In this document: piece after piece, positions 13,887-27,437 of the stretch
How positions within the stretch are numbered: position 1 is the first letter of the stretch
Layout: every line of letters starts with the position of its first letter
From: Octopus sinensis
Lineage: Eukaryota
NCBI RefSeq assembly: GCF_006345805.1
Contig: NC_042999.1
Span: forward strand, 86,118,001 to 86,182,000
DNA length: 64,000 nt
Direction: 5' to 3'
Made by a program: the position numbers and the translations under genes
The notes under the pieces: model-generated
The model's database searches: none
Told to the model about the DNA's origin: nothing
What the model saw: only the letters and a program-made list of their open reading frames with translations

Positions 13887-14462
13887 TGCATATGTATATA
13901 TGCATGTATGCGCAGCTATATATGTGTATGTGTATGTCTATGTATGTATGTCTGTATGTATGTATGTGCATATATAGTAATGTACTCCTACCGTCAATTA
14001 TGACGGTAAATATGTTCACGAGTAAATATGTGTATTCCATTCAAATACATTGAAAATGACGATGAAATATATATATAAAATAAAGAAAAATACATTAATT
14101 TTAAAATTATTTACATATTCTGATAGAGTACGCTTTGTGTTATCTGAGAATTTGATACTTGTGTAAGTGTTATATTTAAATCACTCTCTAGCTTTCGAAG
14201 GTTGTCCAGCACGCACTTAGACGCGCACACGCATCCACATACGAGCATACACACATATACATTAATCCACAGAAAGATAGATGGCTTTACTCCATTTCTT
14301 CGCTGAAAAATAAGAAACTTCTTGCTTATTTATGAATATATGTATATACTCACATATAACACATATGCATAGCTATACGATAATCTTTAATGAAATGTTT
14401 CACAAACGATTCCAGTTAGAAATAAGTTAAAAACCTATTAGATGAGGGGAAAATGGAAGAAA

Positions 14463-14534
14463 GCTGCGTGCAGGACTCGAACCACGCGTCTTCTGTAGAC
14501 CAGACAGACTTGCTATTAATTACACTAATGCAGA
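14463..14534 (-). pseudogene. Degenerate 72-nt tRNA-like sequence (pseudo-tRNA or orphan SINE head)
   Basis: A-box-like TAGTGTAATT, B-box GGTTCGAGTCC, perfect 5-bp anticodon stem TCTGT/ACAGA with loop CTGGTCT, 5/7 acceptor pairs. The T-stem and D-loop GG are damaged. Confidence 0.55.
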
Positions 14535-14740
14535 TAACCAACAGACCTTTTTAAAATCCTTTCCCATCGTCAGGAAATTTTCAAATTTTTTCTACTGATG
14601 TAGTTTTTCATGTCCCTGATGTTTACACTTACATTTATTGACGATAAGAAAATGAAAAACAATTTAATGAAAGAAAACGAAGACTCATTTCGAAGAAAAA
14701 AATTAATGAAATACAATTAAATGCAAACATTAAATATTTT

Positions 14741-14952
14741 TTCTACAACAGGCACAAGGCCTGGAATTTTGGTGGAGAGGCTAGTGGATTACATGGATCC
14801 CCATGCTGAACAGGTATTTATTTCGTAGACTCCGAAAGGATGAAAGGCAAAGTCGACCTCGGCAGAAATGTGAACTCAGAACGTAAAGACGGACGGAATT
14901 CTGCTAAGCATTACTCCCGACGTGCTAACGATCCTGCTTGCTCACCGCCTTA
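14741..14952 (-). mobile_element. Near full-length SINE family B
   Basis: ggcacaaggcctgg...gaaaggatgaaaggcaaagtcgacctcggcagaaatgtgaactcag...cgtgctaacgatcctgcttgctcaccgcc. Confidence 0.88.
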
Positions 14953-15956
14953 TGTAACTATTAAATATGAAAGGGAAAAATATTGTATTGTTCCAAAATG
15001 AAAAATGAAATAAAACAAGTCAGTAACAACGAAATTGAGTTATGCACTCAGTTTTCTAACTCTACCCGCGACGCCACAGTGACTCGCAGCACCGTTCATT
15101 TCGTCGCTTGGGGTAGGTTCAACTAATTTCACTTGTTGTTAAACCGAACTTTGTGGTTAATCGTTCTGTGCCTAAATTAGTAGCCTGGTATCTTTGGAAA
15201 ATGCAAGTATGCGCCCCACAAGTCATTGTGTGTTGTTGTCCCTAGCAGAACCGACTATCGTATGCACTCGTCTAGAATGTCACGATTCCGAGAAGCACAG
15301 CGTATAGAAATAGCTCTCGTGTCACAATTTCAACCATTTTCCGGGACCACCGGCCTTTGATTGGTTGCAGAGTAGATCCTCCGCACATATCTCGTGTACA
15401 TAATTACTTTAATCAACACCATAACATAGTTTCATGTTCCTAACATGTAACCTGTAACTCATTTTAGGTACAACTCCCTTCTCATTAAAAAAACATTGCT
15501 GCGTCTTATACCATCTTTATACCCTCCGACAAATTTACGAAATTTACCGCTGAAAACCTCATTTTGTAAAATAAAAAGCATTGTATTTAACAAAGAAACA
15601 AATGAATACGGTTTGCTGCACTCGTTCAAAGAATCTTGCTAGGGAACAGGAAACAAACGACAGGTGGACAACAGCAGACGATAATGTTAATACTGTTCCA
15701 ATGGAAACAGACATTTGTGACATCCGGTAATGTGGGTAATAGGGAGGGAATCTGATCGGCTAAAACTTCAAAAATTCAAAAATTTGGAACTTTTTTATTA
15801 TTGATTACAAGAAGAAATGAATGCAATTTTCGTTATCAGCATGCAAAACGACCATCAGTGTAGAAATTTCGAGAAAACTCGACGATTGGATGGAGTTGAA
15901 AAAGATCCTTCCAAACTTTCTTCTATTAAATTAAACACCTAATTTTTACCAAGGGG

Positions 15957-15958
<2 letters not shown>

Positions 15959-15992
<34 letters not shown>

Positions 15993-16046
15993 ATATACAT
16001 ACATACATACATACATACATACATCATACATACATACATACATACA

Positions 16047-16077
<31 letters not shown>

Positions 16078-16086
16078 GTATGCATA
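15959..16086. repeat. (CA)n(CATA)n microsatellite
   Basis: Seen directly. Confidence 0.95.
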
Positions 16087-16557
16087 GTTGTGGAAATCAG
16101 CTGCCCAGCGGGTGTTAATATAAAACTGAAGCTCAGTGGAAACGAGAATACCTACGCTGAACTATTCAGAAATCTGAAGTTAATCTATCCAGATTACAAG
16201 TTCAGGTTTATATCTGTAATTATTCGGGTACTGGGATATGTAACACACTGCCTAAATATCAATTTTGATAAGCTTCTCAAAAGTAGAAAGGATAAAGCTG
16301 ATTCGAAGACTACAGATTCAAACCATCACTGTAACTGCAAGAATCTGTAAAACTTTCCAGTATGTATGAGCACGTCTAGACATGCAACTATATGCATGAG
16401 AAAACATAGATAAAACAAAACATACAAATCTGCATATATACATACATACAAAAATACCCTGTTGATATTGAAATTCCAATGAAGGAGCCTTAGATCTAGG
16501 TTAGAAACCGGCTCTTTCTCTATTGGCAAGGAATCTTGAAATAACACTGAATAATGA
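16087..16557 (+). mobile_element. 5'-truncated RLE-clade LINE flanked on both sides by (CATA)n
   Basis: VVEISCPAGVNIKLKLSGNENTYAELFRNLKLIYPDYKFRFISVIIRVLGYV resembles an RLE C-terminus (E-x-S-x-P...K..Y..L...PIIIGALG). The 3' UTR runs into gacatacatac. Confidence 0.75.
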
Positions 16558-16730
16558 CATACATACAAACATACATACATACATACATACATACATACAT
16601 ACATACATACATGCATGCGCACACTGACATAAATAGATAGATATAATGAACAGTTGGCTTCGATGTATAAAGGTTCAACAGCTCAGTAGAAAAATTTTAC
16701 TATGCTATGACAAAACTATACTGAATCATT

Positions 16731-16774
<44 letters not shown>

Positions 16775-17351
16775 ACACACACACACACACACACATCACG
16801 ATATACGCAAAAATAAACATAGATGATTTGTTTATAACAGTGAAAAGTCTTAGGTAGGAGCAGCTGCACGGTTTGGAAAAACCGATGGCATAAAAAATAA
16901 CAAAAGAATAACGCGCACTTTACCACATACTCCATCAAACACCACTCATAAGCTAATATTTCGGGGTCACCTTCTCAAGGAAATATGCTTTAACTAAAGG
17001 TAAAATGTACCACGCTCCAAGTAGTCTCACTGCATCCTGAGCAAGGTCTGAAATAATAACTATCTGTTAGAACTCAATATATGCTTTAGTCTAAAGTGTC
17101 AGGTGAATATGAATTAATGACTGACAAAAGAACAAGAGTTACGTAATCACTTTCATTAGGTTACCGATGTTTCGGAGATTTGAAACATTGGATTCGAGCT
17201 TAAAGCTTCCTCGGTGCAATGCAAATGAAGACTCCTAGTAGAATGTTACATATAGCAGAAACAGCTATAAGTCAATGAAAGCGATTACGTAACTCCCTTT
17301 CTTTTGACATTCATATATATATATACACACACACACACATATATATGCATA

Positions 17352-17412
<61 letters not shown>

Positions 17413-17730
17413 TATATACATATATATATACCTATATATATATACATATATATACATACATATATATATATACATATATATACATACATACATACATACA
17501 TATACACACACACGCACACATATATATATATATACACACTAATATATATATAGGTATCTGTCTATGTTTATATATATATGCACAGAGAAAGAAAAAGAGA
17601 GAGATGTGGAGCGGGAGAGATTGAGAGTTGTCTATACTTATAACAAATAATTATGTCTAATATTTATATAAACAATTATCAGCAGATTTATATGTCTGCA
17701 AAGACATACATGCCAAAAGATGCTCGCACG

Positions 17731-17768
<38 letters not shown>

Positions 17769-19388
17769 TGTACACGCAGCTTGTGTGTACATGCAGCTTG
17801 TGTGTGTGTGTGTGTGTATTGCAAGCGATAGCACCTTGTAAAAACATCTACGATTTTAGCTTTTGTTTTTCATTCAAGATGGAGTTCACTTTTCATTTTT
17901 TTTCTTTATTTCAACATTTAAAGTTTTTCCAACTGATATCATGTCAAAATCTGTAGAAAGTTTTCCAGCAGCTTCAATCCGAGAGTAGCTCTAGAAGGGT
18001 GTCAAATCTTGATCTGTTGTTATCTTATCAATATTAGGCTTTGAAGTGTGTTTGACGGGAGCTGAGGGGCAATAATGTCGGCTTTCTTTGGTCATTAAAT
18101 GATTATCGTTGTTGTCTTTTGTTTATACAGTTACATAGATTTATACAGTTCGTAAAACCTTCCCTCAGCCATGATATGTAATCAGCTTTAATTAAAATGA
18201 TGGCACGTAATAACAATAATTGATGCATGCTTAAATAAAGTTGTATAGTATGAGATCTAGCGTATAGCAAAGGGTGGTGTGATGTTGATGGCCCTACTGA
18301 GGTGGTAGTGAGGTAACGCTTATACTTCAGGAAGATTCTGTTGCGCTATTTGTTTTCAAGATTGTTTTACCAACTGTATACTCACACCGGGCGATGTGCG
18401 CGCGCGCACGCACACGCACACACACACACACACACACACAACACACACACACACACAAACACAAAACACGTCTACACAAAACATACATTTACAGAGAAAT
18501 AGAAGCAGAGAAAATAAGTGATACGAGCTCATTTACACACATATTCACATGTCTTTCTCTCTGTGTGATGCTGTCTTTCTCCAGCTCTCTCTCTTTACAC
18601 ACACACACACATACACACACACACACATATATATATATATGCATGTGCATCGACAGGCATATATATGTATTTATGATAATTTTATATCTATATATATTAT
18701 AAGATTTGAGTTTGTCGGATAAAAATATGAAAGTGTTTTAGTTGTACAAACTTTCGAATGTGGAAAACATCAACTACTTAGAACAGGTAGAAAGGGAAAT
18801 TAAAAATAATCTGTGCTGATGAGATGGAGAGGTTACAGACAGTTTCAACTAGAATATCAGCTTGAAGATGACATATGGGAAAATAAGTATAACGGTAAGT
18901 TTATAAAGACGTCTAGAGGGAGTTTAGGAAAATAAGAATTGAAGAATCTCACCAAAATACTTATCTCAAGATATCTGCAAGCTAGTCCATGCCAAAATTT
19001 AGTTCAGTGTTATATGACATAAGACGAACATTCGCGAATCATTTATAGTAACTTCATAAGAAAGGCTCATTGCAAAAATAAATAAATAAATAAATAATAA
19101 TAAAAGTCGCGGGAAATAAAAGCACAAACACGAAATAAAGTGAAACGTTTGAAAGAAAAGGATTCAATATCGTATGTGTAGTAAGGAAAATGAAATTTAG
19201 CCTGATTTTCTATTATTTCATCAAATACAAATGAAATTTAAGAAAATTTCATTATGCCGTAATGATCTTATTTGAAAATGTAAGTATTTTCACTGAATCA
19301 AAATGTAGAGGTTATTTGATGTTTGGAAGATTTATTGCTATTTATGGCAGAAAACAGTTATTGCCCCAGTATTCTTAATTATATATAA

Positions 19389-19470
19389 CTAGCAGCTAAG
19401 CCCGGTTTCAGATCGTTTTTGTTTAGGCATAATCTATAACAGTGTTTCTCAACCTTATCATTTCGGGTCC
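19389..19470 (-). mobile_element. Helitron-like 3' terminus (CTAG) next to a lone hAT-like terminus
   Basis: a|ctagcagctaagcccggtttc resembles the terminus at 45382. cagtgtttctcaacctt at 19440 resembles hAT/Charlie TIRs, but I found no partner end. Confidence 0.4.
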
Positions 19471-19657
19471 CCTGTTTCGATTGGAGCCTCCCCCTTGTCA
19501 GAAAACAGCTTCAGGAGTTGTGAAGAAAGAATTTGTACGTAGTCGGTTTCTGAGTGCTATTCTATTGGACCTTTGTCTAATCATTAAAACATTGATTTGA
19601 AATGGATGTGTGTGTGTGTGTGTATGTATGTTTGCGTGCATGTGTGTGTGTGTGTGT

Positions 19658-19697
<40 letters not shown>

Positions 19698-20623
19698 ATG
19701 TGTACTTACGCGTGTGAATGTGAGAGAGAAGAAGAGAGATAGCATAGCTAAAGTTTTGGCTGACTATCATCCTGTACTCCCCTTGTTGCTAGCGAAATGG
19801 TATATGCCGGCTGTGTGAGCAACTGGTTGTTTGAATGGCAGAACAAACAGGGGAATTCCATTATAAAAGTTTTAATCGATTTTCTCGGTAAGTATGGGGG
19901 CTAGGAAAAAAATACAAACCGCATTCCAATGTATGTACCCGTCTGCACGTGTGTGCCATTTTTCACGCGAATCCACCCAGCCGTTTGGCTGTGAACCTCA
20001 AGACAAGAAAGAATACAACGATCACCCATGTCCAATTTATATTATAGATAATTCATATATTCTAAATATTAGTGGGGTTGGATTACCGACAATAAGTTGC
20101 GTCAGAGACACGACTTATGCCGATAATCCAACCCTGCTAATATTTAGAATATATTCCTAAAACTGCTACAGAATGATACCTAGATAACTCTGGAATTAGT
20201 TATTTCTTTGAGATATTTTGGTTTTTATTGCAATATATTGTTTTTGATTGTGTTTGCTGCTTAAACGTGTTCTACTCTGGTCAAACAGATCAGTGTAATA
20301 ATATACATGTCTGTATGTTTAAATTGCGATTTCGCATGTAATAAATAATAAGAGACTGAATGGGTTAGATTTAACTCTGGGTGGTCTTTCATTTAAACTA
20401 CTTCAGTTACTGTCATTGTAATTTAAATCTAAGTAAGTCCTAATTTTCAAGATATATGATTAAGAGTATTTCAACCATGAATATTCTTTTTCTTTTTCAT
20501 AGACTTACTTCATCTAGAATTACATATCCTTATGTGTTCTTTTCTTTTTGAATAATCAGGATGAGATTTGAAAGAGATTTCACTGCCATTTTTAGCAGGT
20601 AAAGCGACTGCATGTATCCCTGA

Positions 20624-20669
<46 letters not shown>

Positions 20670-21502
20670 TTGTTTATGTATGTATGTATGTATGTATGTA
20701 TGTATGTATGTATGTTTGTATGTATGTATGTACGTTTATCTTCCCCTCTCTTTCTACATACACGTATACATATATGATGAAAATAATTTACAATTGTACA
20801 ACGCTTTCCATATATCGGTACATTTTCCAAATGTTCGAAGGAAAACTATATACGGCAGCACACACACACACACACACAAACAAACACACACACACAAACA
20901 CACACACACACAAAAACACAAACTCACACACAAACACACACACACACAAAAACACACACTCACACACAAACACACATACACACACACACACGCAAACGCA
21001 GATACACACACAAACGCAGATACACACACAAACGCCCGGAGCTGAACAAATCGAAATAGAAATAGCAAATCTGAGACAAGTGACGTTTTACTGATATATA
21101 CATAACGCATGAAGAGAACGACCATTGGCTAAACAAATTCAAAAACATTTACCAAATTTATGATTTAAAATTGTCTAACATACATCATTATGTTGCTTCC
21201 TTGCATTGTTGTAGCTTTCGATTGAAGCCATCCGTTGGTTAGGCGGGCAGACCAACACCCATGAACGGAACGCTAGTCCATCGCAGAGTTACCTATTTAC
21301 AGCTGAGTGGGTTGGAGCAACATGAAATGAGATGCTTTGCTTAAGAACATAACTCAGGTCTGAGCATCGAAAACACGATCTTGTAATTGTGAGTGCAGCA
21401 TCCGACCCATTCCGCCGCGTGCCTTTACCACACACACACACAAAATATCAAAAGGACATTAAACAGTTCTAATAAACAAACAATATCCAGAATGAACATA
21501 AC

Positions 21503-21544
<42 letters not shown>

Positions 21545-21609
21545 ATATTTCGGAATGGTCATATTGCCATTTTAGCCAATAAAAAATCTTGCACTACAAA
21601 TATTTAAAC

Positions 21610-21662
<53 letters not shown>

Positions 21663-22009
21663 TATATATACGCTTGGATGATCAGAATTCAGATTTTGTC
21701 TTCATTATTTACTTTATATGTGTTTGCTCTTAACCACATAGTTTCGGGTTCAGTCCCATTGCGCAGTACCTTGCAAAAATGTCTTCTATATATATCCCCG
21801 GACCAACCAAAGCCTTGTGAGGTGATTTGGTTGAGTAGAACTGATGAATCTGAAGATTGTAAATCGACCTAATTAAGGTGTCTACATGATATGAAGCTAT
21901 TGGTAACCCTTATTTTAAAACTGTGTACATTAATGATATCTGTCTCACTTTTTTTATGATCCTACCACGACAGAACAGTAAACTATTATATATATATATA
22001 TAATATATA

Positions 22010-22043
<34 letters not shown>

Positions 22044-22424
22044 TGCGACATTACTGGTGCCAAGCTGTATCGGCCTTACCTTTCTTTTTGATAATATCGG
22101 TGGCGTGGAGAGGGGAGGCTGGTGCATGGGAAACTGCAAATCTTCCATAAACAACTTTGCCCGGACGTGTACCTTGGAGGGCAACCTTCTAGGTGCAATC
22201 CCATGGTCATTCATGATCGAAGGGGTTCTTTACCTTTACTCCTATGTATGTATATAAACAATTTCTTTCAAACATGTATATGTAAACAATTAAACATTAA
22301 ATCGAATCACACAATACCTTGCTTCAGAGTATTGCATTTTGTTTTTGTAAGGAAAAAGTTGACAGATGTTGCAAAGTATCGGCTTAGTAGCCTTAATCAG
22401 ACTGCACACATATAGACACACGCA

Positions 22425-22484
<60 letters not shown>

Positions 22485-22854
22485 CACACACACACACAAA
22501 TACATACACGCACACACAGAAGCACAGAAATACACCACTCTCACACACATGTATATTTATATGTACAAGAGAATAATGGTATAGTCAGGCAAACAACTTG
22601 TATCAGGTCAGATTATGACACATATTCAAGTATTGACACAACATACAGGTAGAATTGAATGTTATAGGAGTTTGGATTGACAAGAGGTCGATAGTAAATC
22701 AGCTGAGGAATGTTCATATGGAGGTATTCTCCCGGAATAGTTATACGGTAAAACCAAATTATTGGTATTAGGTAAAGCTGGTGATCGCAAAGAGAATCCA
22801 AAGTTGGATGAGGAGGTGTGTAGGTAGTTACTACACATACACATGCATACACAT

Positions 22855-22903
<49 letters not shown>

Positions 22904-22992
22904 TGCATAAATACACACATACACAGACACACACACACATATATATATACAAATGCATATGCATGCATGTGTAAATATATATATCCACAAAT

Positions 22993-23305
22993 CGATTACA
23001 GCGACGAGGGTTCCAGTTGATCAAATCAACGGAACAACTTGCACGTGAAATTAACGTGCAAGTGGCTGAGTACTACACAGACACTTGTACCTTTAACGTA
23101 GTGTGACAAGACTGGTCCTTTGAAATACAGGTACAACGGAAACAGGAAGAAAGAGTGAGAGAAAGCTGTGGTGAAAAAGTACAGCAGGGTTCGCCCCTTT
23201 CCCTGCCGGAGCCTCGTAGGTGTTTTCGCTCGGTCTGGAAATCCAAATTGCAATCCTACGACCGCAAGTCCGCTATCTTAACCACTGGGACATTGCGCTT
23301 CCACA
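22993..23305 (-). mobile_element. SINE carrying the family C tail with a different head and body
   Basis: Tail gcacgttaatttcacg.gcaag.tgttccgttgat...accctcgtcg is shared with 34621-34949; the head and middle differ. Confidence 0.75.
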
Positions 23306-23606
23306 TATAAGTATATATATATATATATATATGTAGATATATATTTACATATATGCATGCCTATACATTTGTATATACATGCATAAACACACACACACAA
23401 ATATATATATATATATACATACATGCATACATACATATTGTGTCTAATATAGGCACAAAATCAGAAGTTTTTGGAAGAAAGGCTGAGTTGACCAAATCAA
23501 CTCTAATACTTGCCTGATACTTATTTTATCGACTCCGAAACTACGAAAGGCAAAGTTTACTTTGTGAGACTCTATTGAGTTCTTCCCTCATTCGTTACTA
23601 CCAGCA

Positions 23607-23657
<51 letters not shown>

Positions 23658-23669
23658 ATATACGTTATG

Positions 23670-23703
<34 letters not shown>

Positions 23704-24012
23704 TGTATGTATGTATTTATATGCGGGTAGGGGTGTTGCATACTTGCGTAGAAATGTTAGTATGCGTGTGTAATATAACAATCAAAATACGTTTACAACG
23801 CTTACTTGAATTCGGGGTAATGTACTTGAAAATATATTTATATTTCTAATCTGTCGCTATGGGGGTTTATTATTTTGTAAAACATTTGCTTGTTAATTTT
23901 CAGATGTGTTATGAATACATTGCATCAATATATTTGTAACCTACTGAAATATTTTTATTTTAGAATACCAATCTGAAAATATGATTCACATGTTTACTAA
24001 CTCCCTTTTTTG

Positions 24013-24053
<41 letters not shown>

Positions 24054-25239
24054 TTAGTATCAAAGTAATCATAAGTAAAGAAATTGAAAATCTAGGCACA
24101 TGTACATGTGGCATCACTATGAATGTTATCTAAATAAAACAATTTCGTTTATAACCTTTTATTAATTTATTGGTTAAAGTAGCTCGATTGTTGATGTACA
24201 AAAACGGCCCTCATGTTCTACAAGTATACAATATATGGACACCGAACGAATGCGTGCAGAAAAGCTTCATCGATCAGGGCACATCTCGGACTGATGCAGA
24301 TTTAGTTGCCTCAATGCCTGTAGAATCTCGAACTATAATGCTTTCCCATCATTCGGTTACCCTGTTTGGTCGGAACGTTTTAAAAGTTATCCATAATTCC
24401 CGAGCCGAGAATTCTCCGTTCTCGCCACCAACGTTTACACGGGAACGTCATCACTCTTTCTTAACACTATTACTTTAAAGAATGTTAGCGTGAAGTTCTA
24501 TAAGCCTTATTGACGGATTGTTAGAGAACTGTGAGGACCTAACAATACTTTAAAGCCAAGGGCCTACTAATAATTTTTGTTTAATTCAGAGCCGGATTTT
24601 ATCAACAAAGACAAACTTTGGGGGAAAAAAATGTCTGACAAATGGTCATCGTCTAATGTATCCCTATAGATGCGCGCGTCATTTCTGCATATCGAAACAT
24701 ACTCGTGACAGATGAACAAGTTTAGTTGAACGCGTCTATAATAACATATTATTAGTTTCACTTAACTTAATCGAAGCTTTTACTTTAATCAAATAAGTTA
24801 TTTAAATTAATTTTCTATAATCCTTAATTCATTACACATTTATTACTTCTCTTCTTTTCTCTAATGAACTTACTATTTCATTTTGCGGGCATAACTTTTG
24901 TGTCGATCATATAAAGGTATGGGGAACTACATAATATGGCGTTTGTGAATAAATTTTCGGTGATATAAATCCAAACAAATTTGAGTAATGCTACAAACTC
25001 TATAATAAAACTGCTGCAGATGGTCGCAGGTGTAGTGTATAATTGAAGCTATCTAATACCCGACACTTCCGTTTCCACCCTCCTTCATTGACATGCAGAA
25101 TTACTTTCAAGACCTCTACTTGTAACGTCTACAGTTTAACCAAATATACATTAGCAAAGACCTATTTCAGAAATAAAGAAGTACACAAATTCACACACAA
25201 ACACATGCTCATATGCATGAGCCTATAAACATATATACT

Positions 25240-25915
<676 letters not shown>

Positions 25916-26967
25916 ATGTATAGCCACATATAAATCTCCTAATGTCAGAATAATAGAAAAAATATTTAAAAAAGCACCAAAATATATAGGATTCTGGAGT
26001 GTCAGAACATTAAACATAAAAAAATAGTCCCTTAAAGAGTATAAAAAAACAACCTTCTACCCACATGAATATTTATGACTATATGCTTCAATAAAAATGA
26101 TATTTCGTGGATAACAGTTGAGTCTACTTGCAACGAAGCACATAAAAGAAAACGCACGTGAATACTATTTGCCTTCGGCGTTATTTTGTTATTTTGATAT
26201 AGATACATATATTAATATACACATTTCTGTGAGAAGCCAACACATTTTCATAAATTTAGACTTTGATCAGAAAAGGTAACAATAAATATATGAAAAAAAA
26301 AAGTTGAAATGATAAAGTAAGTAGCACTCTAGAAAGATAGAAACTGAAAATAGATAACTTCTCTAAGAAGAACCGTTTAAGTAGAAATAACAATATATAC
26401 AATATTTTAAGAGCGAGGTAAGGATGTGTTTTTGGGATTATCTACTAAATACTTTTAATCAAGAGGAGGCCTTTCAGAAAGATGTTAACTGGAGCAATGA
26501 GACCAGGATAATAAAGTAGGCAAGGTATAGTGACTATGTGGGAGAAGTTCAATTTTACATGGGAGCTCAGGTTACTTTCGACTATATTCTCTGTTTGGTT
26601 GTCGAAACATTGGGAAGGCATCTTTGAGAGTGAATCACTGAGATTACCACCCAGTGCGAATCCTTTGTAATTGTAAGTTTCTTTGTTTCATACGCCGAAT
26701 AGTCAAGGCATATGAAAATATAAAAAAGAAAGAAGAAAAAAAAAAAGAAAACAAGAAGGAATACAAAAACAACCGCAAAGTAAGCTACTTAAGCGGAATC
26801 CATTTTTCAGAAGGTGTGAGTTTTATGCTGCAAAGTCTCTTGCTCTATTGGTACAGAAATTTGGAATTCATTGAGAAAAATTCTGAGATAGACGAATGTC
26901 GGGCGAAATACTCTAAATACTGTCCCGGCCAAAAGAGTGTCGTACTAAATACAGCACATACATTATC

Positions 26968-27400
26968 TTTTATTCTTTTACTTGTTTCAGTCATTTAACT
27001 GCGGCCATGCTGGAGCACCGCCTCGAAGGGTTTTAGTCGAACAAATCGAACCTACGATTTATTCTTTTTAAAGCCTAGTACTTATTCTATCAGCCGCTTT
27101 TACTGAACAGCTAATTTAACGGGGACGTAAACACACCAACACCGGTTGTCAAGTTGTGATGGGGGGACAAACACAGACACAAAGACACACACACACTGAT
27201 ACATACATACATGCATACATAATATTTATCTATCTATGTATCTCTCCCTCGATCTCTGTATATATATATATAGCTTCTTTCACTTTTCGCCTACCAAATC
27301 CACTCACAAGGCTTTGGTCAGCCCGAGGCTATATAGTAGACACTTGCCCAAGGTGCGACGTATTTGGACTGAGCCTGGAACCATGTGGTTGGGAAGCCTT
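26968..27400 (-). mobile_element. SINE family A, minus orientation
   Basis: Reverse complement of 11038-11492 (ccaaatccactcacaaggctttggtcagcccgaggctata; ggccatgctggagcaccgcc). Confidence 0.88.
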
Positions 27401-27405
27401 CACCT

Positions 27406-27437
<32 letters not shown>

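Noticed and set aside
14535-14580. CTGACGA...GGTC hammerhead-like remnant on minus, next to the tRNA-like sequence
   Set aside because: The GAAA box is absent and no stem I or II pairing can be drawn.
24170-24478. 102-codon plus-strand ORF in CpG-richer sequence
   Set aside because: TTG start, no recognisable motif and no splice context; probably an unrecognised repeat or chance.
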